Shown here piece after piece: positions 26,901 to 38,745 of a stretch of DNA of 64,000 bases. Origin of the DNA: Phallusia mammillata (taxonomy: Eukaryota); the NCBI GenBank assembly GCA_965637545.1, contig OZ281500.1:23064001-23128000 (forward strand). Direction: 5' to 3'. Below the pieces are notes generated by a model that worked only from the letters and a program-made list of their open reading frames with translations, searched no databases and was not told the DNA's origin. Numbering within the stretch: the first letter of the stretch is position 1; every line of letters begins with the position of its first letter. Both the position numbers and the translations under genes were made by a program.

Positions 26901-27864
26901 TCCGTATTTTTCCTATAGAGTCGCTTTACCATGACCATCTTCTACAACACGTAAGGAACAAAAAGCTTAAGTCTTATCTTACATATAGATTAGATTAGGT
27001 AGAAGCACACAGCACGTCAATCAAAACTGGCTTGTTTGTGAGTTTTGAATTCTGAATAGTGACTGAGGAAAGACGTTTCAAGTCAACCTTCTTTGTCCCT
27101 GAACTCATTGAACTGTTTTGTCACTGTCTGCAAAACCGACATGCTTCTTTTTCCAAGTGTTCAACGACCCATGCCATTATTATGAAGTTTGCACCACACA
27201 TGTTAAAAGTTACTAACTTTTAGAAGTTAGACTCAGGCCTGTCTTATTCAACTGAAGCTCAACCTGACTTACCACTCTGACATGACTTTGTGTAAAACTT
27301 GGTGATGTGCTGGAAACGTTCAACAAAAGCTTATAATCATTCCGTCTTACTCTTGATCGCCCAAGCGTCAACCGAAAACAAAATGTTGAATGCGCAGGAA
27401 TACCACAAAGTATTCACTATGCACAGCTTTGTGCACAGGTTTTGCACTACTCACTGCTATAAATGACTGAAATGGATTATACAAGGCTGAAACAATAGTA
27501 ATATTGGACACTGTTTAAGCGTTTTATGCATTCCAACATTTTCAATCATTTGGTTATAGTGCGTTTAACATACGTTACTAGTTATTTTATCTCAATACAA
27601 TCCCAATCAACTCATGACAGCTTCAATCATGCATAGATCAATCAATAATACGCAATTCTTAACATAATTGAAAAGGTTTTGAACAGAAACACAAAGCTAA
27701 ACGACCACAAATCCCAAAGGAGAGATAGAGACGTGCTCCCTTAAATCAATCGCATCCCATAGTTACTTGTACATATGCCAAAGTAATTAGTCGCTTTGTT
27801 CCACGAAATCTACGTTTCCAGTTGCCTTTGTTGGAACATCTCTGCCATATAAGTAAGTCTAGGG

Positions 27865-28398
27865 CAGTGGTTCTTAACCTGTGGGTAATTACCCCCAAAG
27901 GGGTAATTTGGCATTTTAAAAGGGGTAACATAGATTTTCTGTTATAGTTATCATTAGATTCTTGGTTATCATTATTGCAACCAGCAAACATTTTGTAATG
28001 AGGGTAAAATTTATTCAAAATAATTCAATAAAAAGTCAATCTTAATAGATTTCTCGGCGTCCTGCCACATTTTCAAAATAAAAAAGAAGTAACTTCGATG
28101 GCAAACGTTGTCATGCGCTTCTACTCTAAAAGTCTCAATATGTTTCACTCGTAACCATGCTATTTGTGATGTCATAAAACTAGAACTAGAGTCTCTCGTA
28201 AACATCTGTTTCGTATACAATTGACGGTATAGTCCAGTTAGTGATAGGCATTATAGGCGTGAGGTAGCATTTGTTTCTTTTGTAGTAGTAACTAATTTGG
28301 ACCCCAAAAATATTAGGTGATGTTTTTCTAAAAAGGGGTAATTGATATCCATCAAAACATTTTGTGGGTAACAACAGAAAAAAGGTTAAGAACCACTG
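27865..28398. mobile_element. Non-autonomous hAT (Buster/Charlie-type) MITE, 534 bp
   Basis: Perfect 16-bp TIR CAGTGGTTCTTAACCT / AGGTTAAGAACCACTG; perfect 8-bp TSD GTCTAGGG at 27857-27864 and 28399-28406. Confidence 0.92.
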
Positions 28399-31095
28399 GT
28401 CTAGGGGAACGCTTTTCTGGTACCTAGCAGCTATTTAAAGTGCACAGGATAGCCCATGTTTTTTCGGTGTCCTTGCTGTTTTACGTAACCGTTTAACAAC
28501 CACATTGTGATGAAGTAAAAATGAATTTAATATTGCTTTTTGCTACTTCTCCACCCAACGTAAAGATACGAAAAAAAGATAGATCGGCGAAAATTTGTAC
28601 AAGATAAATCAATTTAATTCAATTGTTATAGCTTCCGGTCAGTGCACTGTCCTTTGTTTCACGAATTCTAAATGTATCTTGCGTATGTCGTAATATTTTC
28701 CACTTTCTTGAGAAAGCACCGTCAGTATGACCGCAAAATTATGCTGAGAGCGCGTGTGAACGGAAAGACATTTAGGAATATATTTTGTCACCTGATCAGC
28801 AACGAGTTTAAGTCACGTTTAACCGTTCCGTGAATACAACAATGTTGAATAATTTCATTTTTTGACAAAGCGGACAGCCACACTAACCTGCTTTATTTGA
28901 ATGAAAAAGAGTTTAATGGCAAAAATAGCGGCCCAAAAAGACGTAAAAAGCGACGTGCTTTATTGTTCAAACGTTATTTTTATCATTAAACTTATAAACA
29001 GATTCGTACATAGTGTTCCAAAAGTAGTTTTATTTCAAAATGCTTGACAATAAAACTCTGATAAATACCTAATATGTTGGCTTGGACCTATAGGAAGATT
29101 TGAATGCCAACCAGTTTTCATGAGTGGTTTTGTTGGTAACGCAACGCAACCTTCGTGAAAGGAAAATGTACACCAACCGACATGCTTAGCCACATGTACG
29201 CTTGGGGCCAGACTGTGGTCGAATTGCCACAGACGCATTGCGGTTCAACTGTGGTCAAAATGCGTCCTGTGCATCTCATGTTGACAAAGTGTGCCATCCT
29301 TGATGCTTTTGCCCAAATAATTTGTCCTCAGTTAAACTCATTCGAATCTAAAATGTCAGTTACGCTGGTTGACTTGTTATGCAAATTCATGAAAAAGGTT
29401 TTATGTTTGTATGCATAACGGTAACCGAATAAACTTTGAATGGTTCATTCTTTGACTCACTTTTTTCTTAATTCAAAGTCATAGAAAACTTTATAGACCA
29501 GGTTGCAACTGGTCTGGCTGTAGTCAGGCCGGCCTTTACGGGTCGGGTGTTGGGCTTAACGGGCCAATTACGTGACTGAATCCAACTTGCTGCTTATAAA
29601 TCGTATTATTTCTTGCATAACATGGAACTGACTAGTGCATTAACACATCTGTACATTCCGTAAATCCTCTATCAGTCATTTTGCTTCGGGCCTAAATCAG
29701 GCCTGAAAAGTATTCGGGTTTGTGCCTTAAAGTTTGGCCCAGTAAAACTATGGCTATGGACTCAATTACGAACTTTTTAACACGCACAGACTTAAGGCAA
29801 TTTAAAAGCCAAACATGTTTATATTATAAAGTGGCAGTGACGAGCAATAAGCTTGCTAGCTCTCAGGAAGAAATGGTTCGACCTTTAAACTTAGAGTAAG
29901 TTTTCCTGATTCAAACTCGTCCTCTTACGCACAAAAGCAACTTGCATTAGCCACAGTCAATTAATGACAAGAGCCGCATGTGTACATCCTGTATTACCTA
30001 CAGGCTGTGTCGTGTTAACAAAACTTCACACTGGAGTTTCAGTGCTTCTCAAACTGTTTTACCTTTCCACCCACTTATTCATTACTTTTCTCAAATAAAC
30101 AAAACACACATTTTCTGATCTAATGCATGACGAAACTGTTGGCCGCTCACTTAATTCCACAAAACAACTAAGTATGGGCGGTAGCTGTCTGATTGAAAAG
30201 CCCTGACCCAGGTCTTATACAAAAAGCAATCAAAGTCTTTGTCCTACTTCTGACAAGCTCTGATGGTTCGGTTTTCGTGACATACTTTAGCGGCAAGATA
30301 TGCAGACAATGCAAATTTCAAAATGCGCCAGACAGATTAGATGTGAAAAGTTGACTGGCCAACACCCGACTGCGCCCTGCCACAAATCACATCAATTACA
30401 ACTGCAAGTACATCCTGTGTTGTATAACCTACTATCACGCACTGATTGCAAAACATAAGTCGACTAACTAAAGCCTCATAAAATACCAGTACACAACATG
30501 TATAAACAAACATTTTGATACTTTTACCATCTATTTTTACCACGTTACCATGTAGTTTATCTTAACACCAATAATTTATCTGTTTCAAGTTAAATGAAGT
30601 ATTATTCTCTTCCTTCTTTTTTAGCAAAGCATTATTCTATGTTCTGTGTGCAACCTTTTGTAATGACTCTTTTTTATGTGTATTTTTTATTCGTTACTAT
30701 TCAATGAAAGTAAAGTGCCTTAAAAGCTGTCTTAGATAGAAAAGTAAATTCTCTGTAATGCTTCTGGTTTTCTATACTCGCTTTGGCAAAACTCTGACAT
30801 TCAACCAAGCTCTTGCTTTGCTGCGCACGATCCAACTTAAATCAAATTAGATTAACATGCCACAGCTTCCTCTAGGGTGTTTGTATCTCTCAATGGAAAG
30901 CCATGCTCCCTGTGGTTGCATTATACACTTGTGAGTGACACCTTCTATTTGTACATGGCTTCCAAATTTGCACTGGTCAGGCTATCACAAAGAAAAGAGA
31001 ACGTATATAATTGGCAAAAGTTATATCGCTTGTGCAGTATAACTTCTTAACACTAAATATTGCTTGACTAATATTCGTTTGTCAGACTTTTTGTT

Positions 31096-31174
31096 ATTGC
31101 CACAACCCTTAAAACTGTAACCAGACGAACTGTTTTTGTGATTGACACAACCCTTAAAACTGTAACCAGACGAA
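31096..31174. repeat. Tandem duplication, period 45 bp
   Basis: ATTG(C/A)CACAACCCTTAAAACTGTAACCAGACGAA at 31096 and 31141. Confidence 0.9.
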
Positions 31175-31880
31175 ACGATAAACTTGAATCGAAAGTTTTG
31201 TGAAACTTCTGCAATAATTCATATTCCTCAATTGTTCTTAAATTTCTCTGTTAAGTTATTGATAAAAATCTTTTGTAATTTTGTTTTTAGCACGTAGCAA
31301 AACGATGATTGTCAGGTTCTTTCTCATTTTCGCCTGCCCTGAATTACGTAATTGTCGAAAACAACGAAACTTCTGGCAGTGGCAGAATAGCTTAGCGTAA
31401 GGAAATCCATTTAGTTCGTTTGCTGATTGGGCGAAAACTTCCGTTGGAAGTAGGCGTAAACTGGGTTTGTCCGGTTCCATAAACAGTTGTTTCGTTACTT
31501 TCCTTTGATGTGCCAAAAATGGCGCAAATGCATGATTTTTAATAAAGTTTTTTACTAACAGCCGCGTATATCTCACTTGTATATCTTGCCCAAACTTTCA
31601 CATAATTTGTTTAATCTTTGGTTTTTGCGATATATTGTCTTGGTTACGTACATCAAAACTAAGTGTAAATGTTGAATCGCGTTTATCTGTCCACGTTTTT
31701 CTTCAATTCCAAGGTCTCGGTAGTGGATGTTATCTTGCGATGCAATAACAACCACTGAACAGGGCGTGGCAACGATTATTAGGAAAATCCTTAGGACAAG
31801 GTTTCCATTTTTAAGTAAAAAATGTCTACAGTTGTTATTGTGTGAATACGACAGATGTTTTTCTGGCAAAATATCACTCA

Positions 31881-32337
31881 ACAGAAACAGTGCAACCTGA
31901 AACTACAATGGAAACAGTACAAGCTGAAACTACAATGGAAACAGTACAACCTGCAACTACAGCAGTAACAATAAGTACAAACTGCAACTACAGTACAACC
32001 TGCAACTACAGTAGTAACAGTACAACCTGCAACTACTGTAGCAAAAGTAGAAACTACAACTACAGTAGTAACATTACAATCTGAAACTACTGTAGCAAAA
32101 GTACAAACTGCAACTACAGTAGTAACAGTATAACCTGCAACTACTGTAGCAAAAGTACAAACTACAACTACAGTAGTAACATTACAATCTGAAAATACAG
32201 TAGCAACAGTACAAACTACAACTACAGTAGTAACATTACAATCTGAAATTACAGTAGCAAAAGTACAAACTACAACTACAGTAGTAACATTGCAACCTGC
32301 AACTACAATAGCAATTAGCACAACCTGACTACAGCAG
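31881..32337 (+). repeat. 27-bp minisatellite (about 17 units, partly a 54-bp higher-order repeat) with mucin-like coding potential
   Basis: Consensus approximately ACAGTACAACCTGCAACTACAGTAGTA = TVQPATTVV; a frameshift near 31970, an in-frame TAA at 32131 and further indels near 32320. Confidence 0.9.
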
Positions 32338-32775
32338 CAACGACACAATCAACAAGCATAGGGGCAAGAGTGCATTTGTAGGAGATGCTGCAGAACAAAA
32401 CAAAATGAGAAAAGTAATTTTGAACAGAAACAAAACAACGAATGAATCTTCTCAATATACAATGTTGGTTTACAAATGAATAAAATCGAACAGTTGTGTT
32501 ACTCTAACAATTGTTTGTTCCATTAAGTTAAAACATTAACATTCCTGGTAGTTTTGTTGGTTAAGTGCCACAGTGTCGGTTATAAACGCGTAAACAAACA
32601 TAAACTAAAATTTCAATATTCTTAGTGTAACTCGAATTGAAATTGGATTTAGTTGCAGTTAAATAAAACAAAGAAGTTTTGACGATGAAACAATATTGCA
32701 CAAATGTAGTTAGAAAAACACAACAAAACTTAGTTTAGAGTTCTCGCATGGGATGCTTCAAACAAACGTCTTAAC

Positions 32776-35700
32776 CTAACGGAGCGTGAAGAGGCACGGG
32801 CACACTGCTGTCAAAATGGAACGAAGCGTTGCCTTGATTGCGCTGGAAATGGGATGAATGCAAACGCACAAAAGAATGGACGAAATGGTTTCGACAACAT
32901 TTGGCAAATTGATGAAAACCAATTTCGGATAAAACGAGTCAGGCTGTCTGTAAAATCCCGTCGCGGTGTCGATGAACACAAACAGTATTGAAGTCATAGT
33001 GCCGCCGACGTACACAATAGAAACAATAAAAATCGCTAGAAGGTCTCGTTTTGTTTTTTCCAGCAGCAAGCTTCCAGTCCTATGCTGCTTGGTTCGGTCG
33101 GGTTCCGCGAACGGAGTATCCCCCGGCGTTTCCACGGAGTTTTCCCGGGAAACGTGGAACACGTGGACACTGTGCTGCTGCAGCTCGGCACTGATTCGAC
33201 GGAGGTCGACGTATGACCGCACGAGGGCACCGATGAGCGCGAACAGCGAAATCAAACACAAGGCAGTGCTGATGTAAACTGTGTGGTTGGCCAGGGGCGC
33301 AACATCGTGGGCACATCTGCCTGTAACAGATAAATGTTAAAGTTTTTGACATTGTTATTTTACCAAATGTGGTAAAATAAGTGTTATCTGGCAAATAAAG
33401 CATAAGTTGCAAAAATCATATGAGATAAATCCAGAAGCGTAATTGCAAACGAAAAATAACAATAATAAATGTTTAAAGACAATTCTTAGTACCATCTCTG
33501 CAATTATTTGGCAAAAGTACTATCTTGGCAATTATCAAACAGGATAAATGCAAGTATAATGTGGTAATTGAAGCAACAAATACGAAACTCATATAGGCCC
33601 AGACAGGTCATTTAAAGCTACGAAACAAAAATGCCTGTCCAAAGTGACATTTCTTACTACCGTCATGACAGTTACTCAGAGTAATATCGCGTGTACCACA
33701 GGACTTAATGAGAATTGTAAGCCATTCATTGTTTAAGTGTTGGAACCAGGAGTCTCTATTGACACAAGTTCTGGGTATCATGTGATGCTTAAACTTACTG
33801 CCTAAATCCTCAGCTACACCAGTACTTGGAACGTAATCGAACGGACACTTGTAAATATGGGAACAGTTGTCGGCCGTGATGCTGATCAGAATGATAAGAA
33901 TTGGGAAGAACCATGAGAGGAAGATCAGGATCCTGGCTTTTGAGCGTTCCGACAATTCCTTAAATCTGTTGGAAACAAAAAATGTTTTTTTGGACCAAGA
34001 TTTTTTTCATTGACTGGATATACATTTAGAAGACATAAGATGAGAAATCATCTAACATCCCCATTTTCTCAAATGTTTCCTACTAAAGGCAAAAACCGAA
34101 GTCAAACTAATAAAGGCAAGCAAAACTCTATTAGGCCTGGTGCATTGCGATTTATACACGAAAATACTGTTATTATTGGCCAGATTCGAAATTGTAAGGC
34201 TTTTTCAAGCGATAAATACTTGTTTTTAGCTCCATGTAAAAAACCTGCGCAAAAAATCGATAACATCGTACATAACGTGTTTTGTTAACTCTAATTAAGT
34301 AGTTAAGTCGTCATTGTATTATCGAACGTGCAGGTAAAAGTTTTCTTAACATTCCTGTACGAGTTGGTGGTTGTTTCTTCTGGCAAGAACCTTTTACTGC
34401 ATCTAAACTTACTTGACAAGTATCCAGGGCAGTCGTGTGACCTTGTTTGACTGATTTTCCCCTCTCAAGCTGAGGCCAGCCACTGTTCCACTAATCCTCA
34501 TTAGGTTCTTTCGCATTGCCATGATGATCATCACGATACTCCAATAAAACACTGGAAAACAGCAAGTTTTCTGGTAAAATGTGACAGTTGCGTTTTTAAG
34601 CCTGCTTTAAACTAGAGCGACCGAGTGCTTGGTTGGTTTGAGGGTAACTTTTGCCTTTTGCAACTCTCTCGCTTGCGCCGTTACGTGACTGCAGTGTACT
34701 GATGTAACTGATCATCACGATACTTAATAAAACACTGGAAAACAACAAGTTTTCTTGCAAAAGTTGGAACTTTATGATTTGTAGGGAGTTTCTTTGATGA
34801 AGTCTGCTTTGAAGTAGAGAGGTTAAGCGGTCAGTTAGTTCAGGGGTAATAACTTTGCCTCTGCAAACTGACTCTCTTGCGCTTGTACGTGGCTGCAGTG
34901 TACCGCACGTGACGCTAGAGGGGTTGATTCTACAAAATCTTTTGCATACACAAATGAACAAAGATACACATAAAAAAAGCATTTTGGTTTGAATCACGTT
35001 AAAAAACATGACAGTGATGAATCACTTATTGACAGAAAATATTTTCATCACAGAGTTAAAAAAATTATCCAAAGAACCCCCTTATATGCGTAATGCGTGT
35101 TTTAAAATGCTTATTGGCACACATATAAAATATTTTGTTCTGGTAGCATTGATTGTCGTTTCACCTGGGTCAACTGCAAATTTGATTTTTTTTTCTTCAC
35201 GTCAAAAGCATGCTATTTTTGCTTAGTATTGCAAGTCACAAGTTCACAGCCTGGTGCAACAAAAGCCTACAATGCCAAGGTTGTATAAATGCATGCTGGC
35301 TTAATTTGTGAGTATAACGTAGACGTTGCGTGTTACTGCCAATCAACATCACATTGTCTTAAGCCGAGGTTAAAAATGACGTCAAAGGGACCATTTTGTC
35401 AGCGATTTTCCGAGCAGACGAGTTGATGTCCTGTATTTGACTCCGCTTGAATTGATTTAGCGCACTTTTGACCTTGAGGCAGAAAGCTAATTATTACGTA
35501 TACAGGTCCCGCAATAGTAAGGAAATTAAATGTGCAATTCCTTGGTTTATTTTAAGAGCACGTTTGAATTAAATGTGAAAATGTGTTTTATTTGTGAGTG
35601 AAATGAACGTGACTGTAAATAAGAGGTAAACTGTTACGCAAAAAAGAAAAACTGAACATAATACATGCAAAAAATTGAAAGAATTCAAACTGGTCTTATA

Positions 35701-38389
35701 CACTTGACAATCAAACTGTCGGGTACATTGCCCTGTAGTTACAATAATAGAAATCAATCCAGACATTAGTAAGTTGTCAAACCCTTCTGTTAGTTTTGTT
35801 TCACCTGATGAAACGTTGATGTTCTATACACAAATATTAACTTGTATTATTTGGCCGAGAATATTTAGAACCGTGTGTTTTGAACCCGCCCACATTTAGA
35901 CATATATTAAATAAACCCTTAAAGACAAACAAAAAACCAAGCACTTTACCTAAGAACAGCATCACGAGTGTTGACTTTTCGAACGCCCACCAATAAAGAT
36001 ATCCGTCTGAATGTTGATTGTCGGACGGAAACTCGCTTCCTAAGTAAGGTTTGCCGAAGTTTTGTGAAAACGTGTCGTAGACTCTAATCGCAGATGCTAC
36101 AGTGCTCGCTAAAACCACGTTTAACCCGTAAAGGCAAACGACTCGGGCCAATAGACGTTTCCTGTGGAAATATTTGATTACTAGATTTAGATATGACGGA
36201 CTTCCTTTTCAAGGTTTAAGGGTACTAGGAAATATGTGTAACTGTTACACAGTATACGTGCGTACTTTGAAATGGTTTCGTTTCTGAGAAATGATTGTTT
36301 GTTTTTCCTTACGGTGGATTGGCTGATTTAACGTTTTAGTGATAAGATGGCAATGGTTTTATGGTAGCTTCGTTCAAATACCTTGAACATGCTTTGACTG
36401 TAAAACAAATTGATTTTTGTGAAATATTTTCTCAAAAAAAAAACGATTGTGTAATGATGATGCCTACAATTGTTGTCAAAATAAACCGAAAATAATACGG
36501 GACAAAGTTTAATGGTTTATTATTCCCATAAGTACGAATATGGTGCGAGATATCTTAAACCTTTATCAGCTTAGTGGTCACTGCCCCCTTTACCTTTTAG
36601 AAGTTGTTGTATCACGGATTAGTTTTGTCGAAACGTTTTGGGTGATAAACTCATTGTCTTTTCAACGACCATTTCTTCTAAGTTAAATTTTGGAACATGG
36701 AAATTATGGTAGGATAGGTTTCAAATCAGATGGCTTTATGTAGTTGAAGCTTAATTTAGTTTTGCGAACTGGACGAAAACTAGCTGACGTTGCGATAATC
36801 GGAAGCAAGATTTTAATTGGAGACCTTCCATTGACGTTTGGAAACACAAAACTTGTTTACAAACAACATTACATGATTTCAATTGATCCTAAGAAAAGTT
36901 ATCTTCGCCCTATTGCTTGCTCATTAATTATTTAGTCGTCAAATGGCTTCTTATTAGCAATGAACCAAAAACTGTCAAAGTCTTGGTTTTTGCATCTGAA
37001 TTCTACTAAAGAAACTTTCCACAAAAACACGTTAATTTGCATTTTTTTTCATTTTTATTTAATTGTAAAATCTTGTGGGATGTTTGTCTGGCCACGTGTT
37101 TCTGGTTAGTTTATCACTCAATGCCATCGAAATCGAAACTTGTTGTCTTAGAGAGCATTGAAAAACACAATCACTTAAAGTGCACCATGGGCACCAGATT
37201 CATCTTTATGAGCGCATTGGGTTATATGGGTCTATGGAAAACTCCCTTTTTGCCCCTTTTGTGCCGTCGCCCTTGCTGATCACCGCAGATAAACATTTAA
37301 TTTTTGAACGAACGATTTGTTGTTTTGCTTTATGTTTTAGTGTCATTACATTGATCTTTAACGTTGCGCAATTGTTTCCAGCTGGGTGATTGCTTAATGC
37401 AGTTGTGTCACTATGTTTTTCAAGCAAGTGAACTAAGCTTAACTTTAAGGCCTGTTAACTTAATGTCGTGAAACTTTATACCACCGCATTGCCAACTCTG
37501 TGGAAGTTGTTATTGTTACGTTGCAATGTGACGTCATAAACGGCGTAATGACAAATGTATTAACGTCGCGGAGACAAATGGATTTGCTGTAATGTTCAGT
37601 GATGGACATATCTGTCACGGAAGGTGAATTGCCTCCTGCGGGTTTATCTTCTCATCTGACCGCATCCATCTAAACTAGCCCTTCCTTACCCTATTTAAGG
37701 CTTGTATAGAAATTCATCCACAAGCAATTACCTCAAACTCTTTTGACTGACTAAAAGTTGTACATTTCTCCAAACAAACATGGGTGTAGCGTGTAGCCTA
37801 AAAAGGAGAAGAGATACAAGAGCTATTCTTTGTTGTCTATTCTAAAATATTCTTTGTTGTCAGATAAAGGTGTAATGATTTACTTAAAAAGATTTAAGCA
37901 TTAACTAATAATGCCCTGTAAATTAGGAGCAACTTATCTGAATCAGTGTGTTTCAACCAATGTGGCGCAGCACAAAAAATCGTAGTGTTAGAAGTCCAAC
38001 TATTATCGTAATAACAAAATTCGGGTGGGTATGTTATCACCAAAGTGATTTTGATCGTATTTGTTGGTAAAAACAGTTTGATCCAGTCATCAAAAGTTGC
38101 AAGTTAATTTCTTGGGTTGGTTTTATTTTTGTTTTATACCTGGAAAAATTTGTTACGCGAACAAAAATGTATGATTGGTCAGTGTGTTGTAACCGTACAA
38201 TACTAATCCAAATCAACAAATACATCTTAATTGATGCTCTTACCTCTGGAAAACCAGACAAACCAGAAGAAAAACGTTGATCGGGAAAAGTATGATGGCC
38301 AAAACGGCCTGGACTTGCAAACTTGAGGCGTGCGGTCCGGCGCTCTTTAGCACGCAAGTCATATTCGAGGACGAATTCATTCCGCTCAT
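32776..38389 (-). CDS. Divergent 7TM receptor, tandem paralog D, about 402 aa
   Basis: Exons 38389-38244, 36161-35950, 34551-34413, 33965-33799, 33320-32776 (1209 nt); same phases and exon 2 again 212 nt. Exons 1 and 3 are not in the supplied ORF track and were found by homology (FPINVFLLVCLVFQR; MAMRKNLMRISGTVAG). Confidence 0.88.
34527..34903. repeat. Local duplications in receptor D intron 2, including a second copy of the exon-3 splice acceptor
   Basis: About 47-bp block 34527-34575 repeated at 34709-34756; about 60-bp block 34641-34700 repeated at 34843-34903. Confidence 0.8.
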
Positions 38390-38745
38390 TGGATTATACA
38401 AGTCAGCAGAATTCGTATTTAATTATTGATGTCTCTTGTATCACATTTGGCCGCGCGAGAATCAACACGTGCTTTCAAGGTCGAGGAAGGTCACAACGTC
38501 AAAGTTCTGTCCCTAGGGATGTCTGCAAAGTAAAGATATCGATTTTTAGGATATGAATTTCGAGAGACCGCTTTGTCAGTTCGTGATATAGAATATCTTC
38601 TGCCTGTCATATTATTAATGCATGAATATGGCAGTGATGGAAGCGTTAGCGTTAACTTATAGGTGATCGATAACGCAACGTCAATTAGTTTCTTGGCTTG
38701 AGGAATGAAATACACTTTCTACAGTCTATGGCATAGACTCTATGC

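Noticed and set aside
27090-27210. CG..HLEKKH peptide resembling a BED-finger of hAT transposases
   Set aside because: Spacing is poor, stops follow, and no further transposase motifs are nearby.
31096-32337. CRISPR-like or other repeat-spacer array
   Set aside because: Repeats are contiguous tandem units without unique spacers, and the DNA is eukaryotic.
31878-32348. 156-aa Val/Thr/Cys-rich minus-strand ORF
   Set aside because: Antisense reading of the 27-bp minisatellite; stops are absent because of repeat composition, and there are no splice or family signals.
38037-38357. 106-aa minus-strand ORF upstream of receptor D exon 2
   Set aside because: Wrong frame; the homologous TM1 exon is in another frame (38389-38244).
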